Assembly (NCBI RefSeq): GCF_006345805.1
Contig: NC_042999.1
Span: forward strand, 19,530,001-19,594,000
DNA: 64,000 bases
Direction of reading: 5' to 3'
DNA from: Octopus sinensis
Lineage: Eukaryota
Shown here: piece by piece, positions 62,068 to 64,000 of the stretch
Position numbering within the stretch: the first letter of the stretch is position 1
How the letters are laid out: every line of letters begins with the position of its first letter
Program-made: the position numbers and the translations under genes
The notes under the pieces: model-generated
The model's input: the letters and a program-made list of their open reading frames with translations, nothing else
What the model was told of the DNA's origin: nothing
The model's database searches: none

Positions 62068-62072
62068 CGTAC

Positions 62073-62112
<40 letters not shown>

Positions 62113-62699
62113 TAATAAATAAATATGTGCATACATACATACATACATATATGTACGTACCTACATCTTCATGTATATATACCTGCATATATAAATATAT
62201 ATACGTGTGTACAGGACACCACAAATAGACGTAGAACTCAATGAGAAATGAAAACAGCATGGAACGGCATAAAAACAGCATGGAACGGACCATTCCTTTA
62301 ACAACGAAAAAACAGAGTACAAGACAGCTACACAAGGAAAAATCCCCTTCATCAGCCGTCCCTAGTTCAACTCCAGCGTGTTTCGAAGGTGTGGACAGAA
62401 CACGTCTCGTCAAACTAATCCTTCCTGCGAAAGAATTAAATAAAATTCCTTTGCAGAGGGGTAAAAACAAGGGAAAAAAAATGTGACAAAAACAGGGCGT
62501 AAAAACAATACAATTAAAAACAAATACAAAAAAATACAATTACAAAAAATACAGTACAAGAAGGAATAGAAACAGGACAGGAAAACAAATAAAGAGGGCC
62601 TATAAGCCTAGACGAGGAAAAAAAGATTTTTTTCACGAGCGCAGGAAGAAATGCTAAAATTGGGAAAGCACACAATAAAAGTTCCCTCATTTCTTTCTA

Positions 62700-62845
62700 A
62701 TTTTGACATAAGGCCAGGACCTTTGAAAGAAGCAGGAAGTTGTTTATATCAATGCCAGTATGCAACTCATACTTTATCAATATTCTAAAGGATGAAAGGC
62801 AAACTAGGCCTCAGTGGCATTTGAATTTAAACTGTAGAGATCTGA
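62700..62845 (-). mobile_element. Diverged SINE type B
   Basis: AAGGATGAAAGGCAAA core remnant. Confidence 0.45.
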
Positions 62846-62847
62846 AA

Positions 62848-63235
62848 GGTGCAGGAGTGGCTGTGTGGTAAGTAGCTTGCTTACCAACCACATGGTTCCG
62901 TGTTCTGTCCCACTGCATGGCACCTTGGGAAGTGTCTTCTTCTACTATAGCCTCAGGTCGACCAACGCCTTGTGAGTGGATTTGTTAGATGGAATCTGAA
63001 AAATGCCTGTCATATATATGTATGTTTGTGTGCCTGTGTTTGTCCCACCAACATTGCTTGACAACCAATGCTGGTGCGTTTATGTCCCCATAACTTAGCG
63101 GTTTGGCAAAAGAGACCAATAGAATGAGTACTAGGCTTTCAAAGAATAAGCCCTGGGGTCGATTTGCTCGACTAAAGGCGGTGCTCCAGCATGGCCACAG
63201 TCAAATGACTGAAACAAGTAAAAGAGTAAAAGAGA
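62848..63235 (+). mobile_element. SINE type A, full length
   Basis: Complete head to tail. Confidence 0.86.
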
Positions 63236-64000
63236 TGCCACTAAGCATTTTGTCTGATATGGTAACCATCCAGCCAGATTGCTGCCTATTCATTTATTTT
63301 TTCCTTATTGAAAGTAAATGGATAAAGATATTAGGAACGGTATAATATTTATTCCTGAGAGAAATTATAAATTTGTTATTAAAATCGCTGTCATTTATTA
63401 TTCATGTAAAATCCACACCAACTTAAATTAATGTTCTAAATTATTGGAAGTAAAACTCAGCCTTTTGCAAACTTGTAATAAATCATACCAGCAAAACAGA
63501 TGAAAGATATACAGCTCTATTCCAACTGCATTTGATTGCTGTTCTAATATACCATTAAATATTATTTACTTCGTGCTTGTGAGGGTGTATGGTATTTGAC
63601 ATTGATCATTTTGAATTATGTTATTAGTGTTGTTTAATACTAACATCGGTTCTGTTCAAAGAGTTCTGTGATCAAAGACTTTTCACCTCCGATCATCTAA
63701 TTATTAAGTATATCAAGGACTTTGTCATCCAATGTGTTTTGATTTACTGTAAGTTTGTTTGGCATGATATGATTCAACTATTTCTTGTGAGTCAAGAGAC
63801 TCTGCAGACACTCTCATGTCAGCTTGTAGTGATGTATTTCTTTGGCCAAAGGCACCAGAGTTCTTTTTCTTTGCATTAATAAAAAAACAAATCTTTCAGG
63901 TTGTGGGCTGCAAGAATTGTTAGGGCATTAGAAAAATTGCTTCATGTTATTTATTTCAATTCTTTATATTCTGAGATCAAATCCTGCCAATGGCAACTTT

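Overview
Eukaryotic, AT-rich, repeat-saturated animal DNA. The SINE, LINE and microsatellite complement points to a coleoid cephalopod, most likely Octopus (inference). No intact host protein-coding gene can be supported. Nearly all long ORFs in the track are translations of microsatellites or antisense frames of retroelements. The window contains: many tRNA-derived SINE copies of at least three types; 5'-truncated RTE LINEs (one with a near-intact RT half carrying a PHD-like finger); R4/Dong-type and CRE-like restriction-endonuclease LINE ends in or beside simple repeats; Tc1/mariner derivatives; non-autonomous Helitrons; MITE/foldback palindromes; and large microsatellite fields. The strongest hidden signal is about eight type I hammerhead ribozyme (HHR) motifs with palindromic helix III. 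Four have complete cores: 21393-21448(-), 21811-21858(+, weak helix I), 41413-41500(+) and 56549-56592(-). They lie in Penelope-like pLTR fragments. At two independent loci (50.8-51.9 kb and 56.5-57.7 kb) a tRNA-like Pol III head is joined through a (TAA)n linker to an HHR-bearing tail, a candidate ribozyme-carrying SINE, and in both the linker has been invaded by TAA-targeting elements. All family names come from motif recognition, not database searches.
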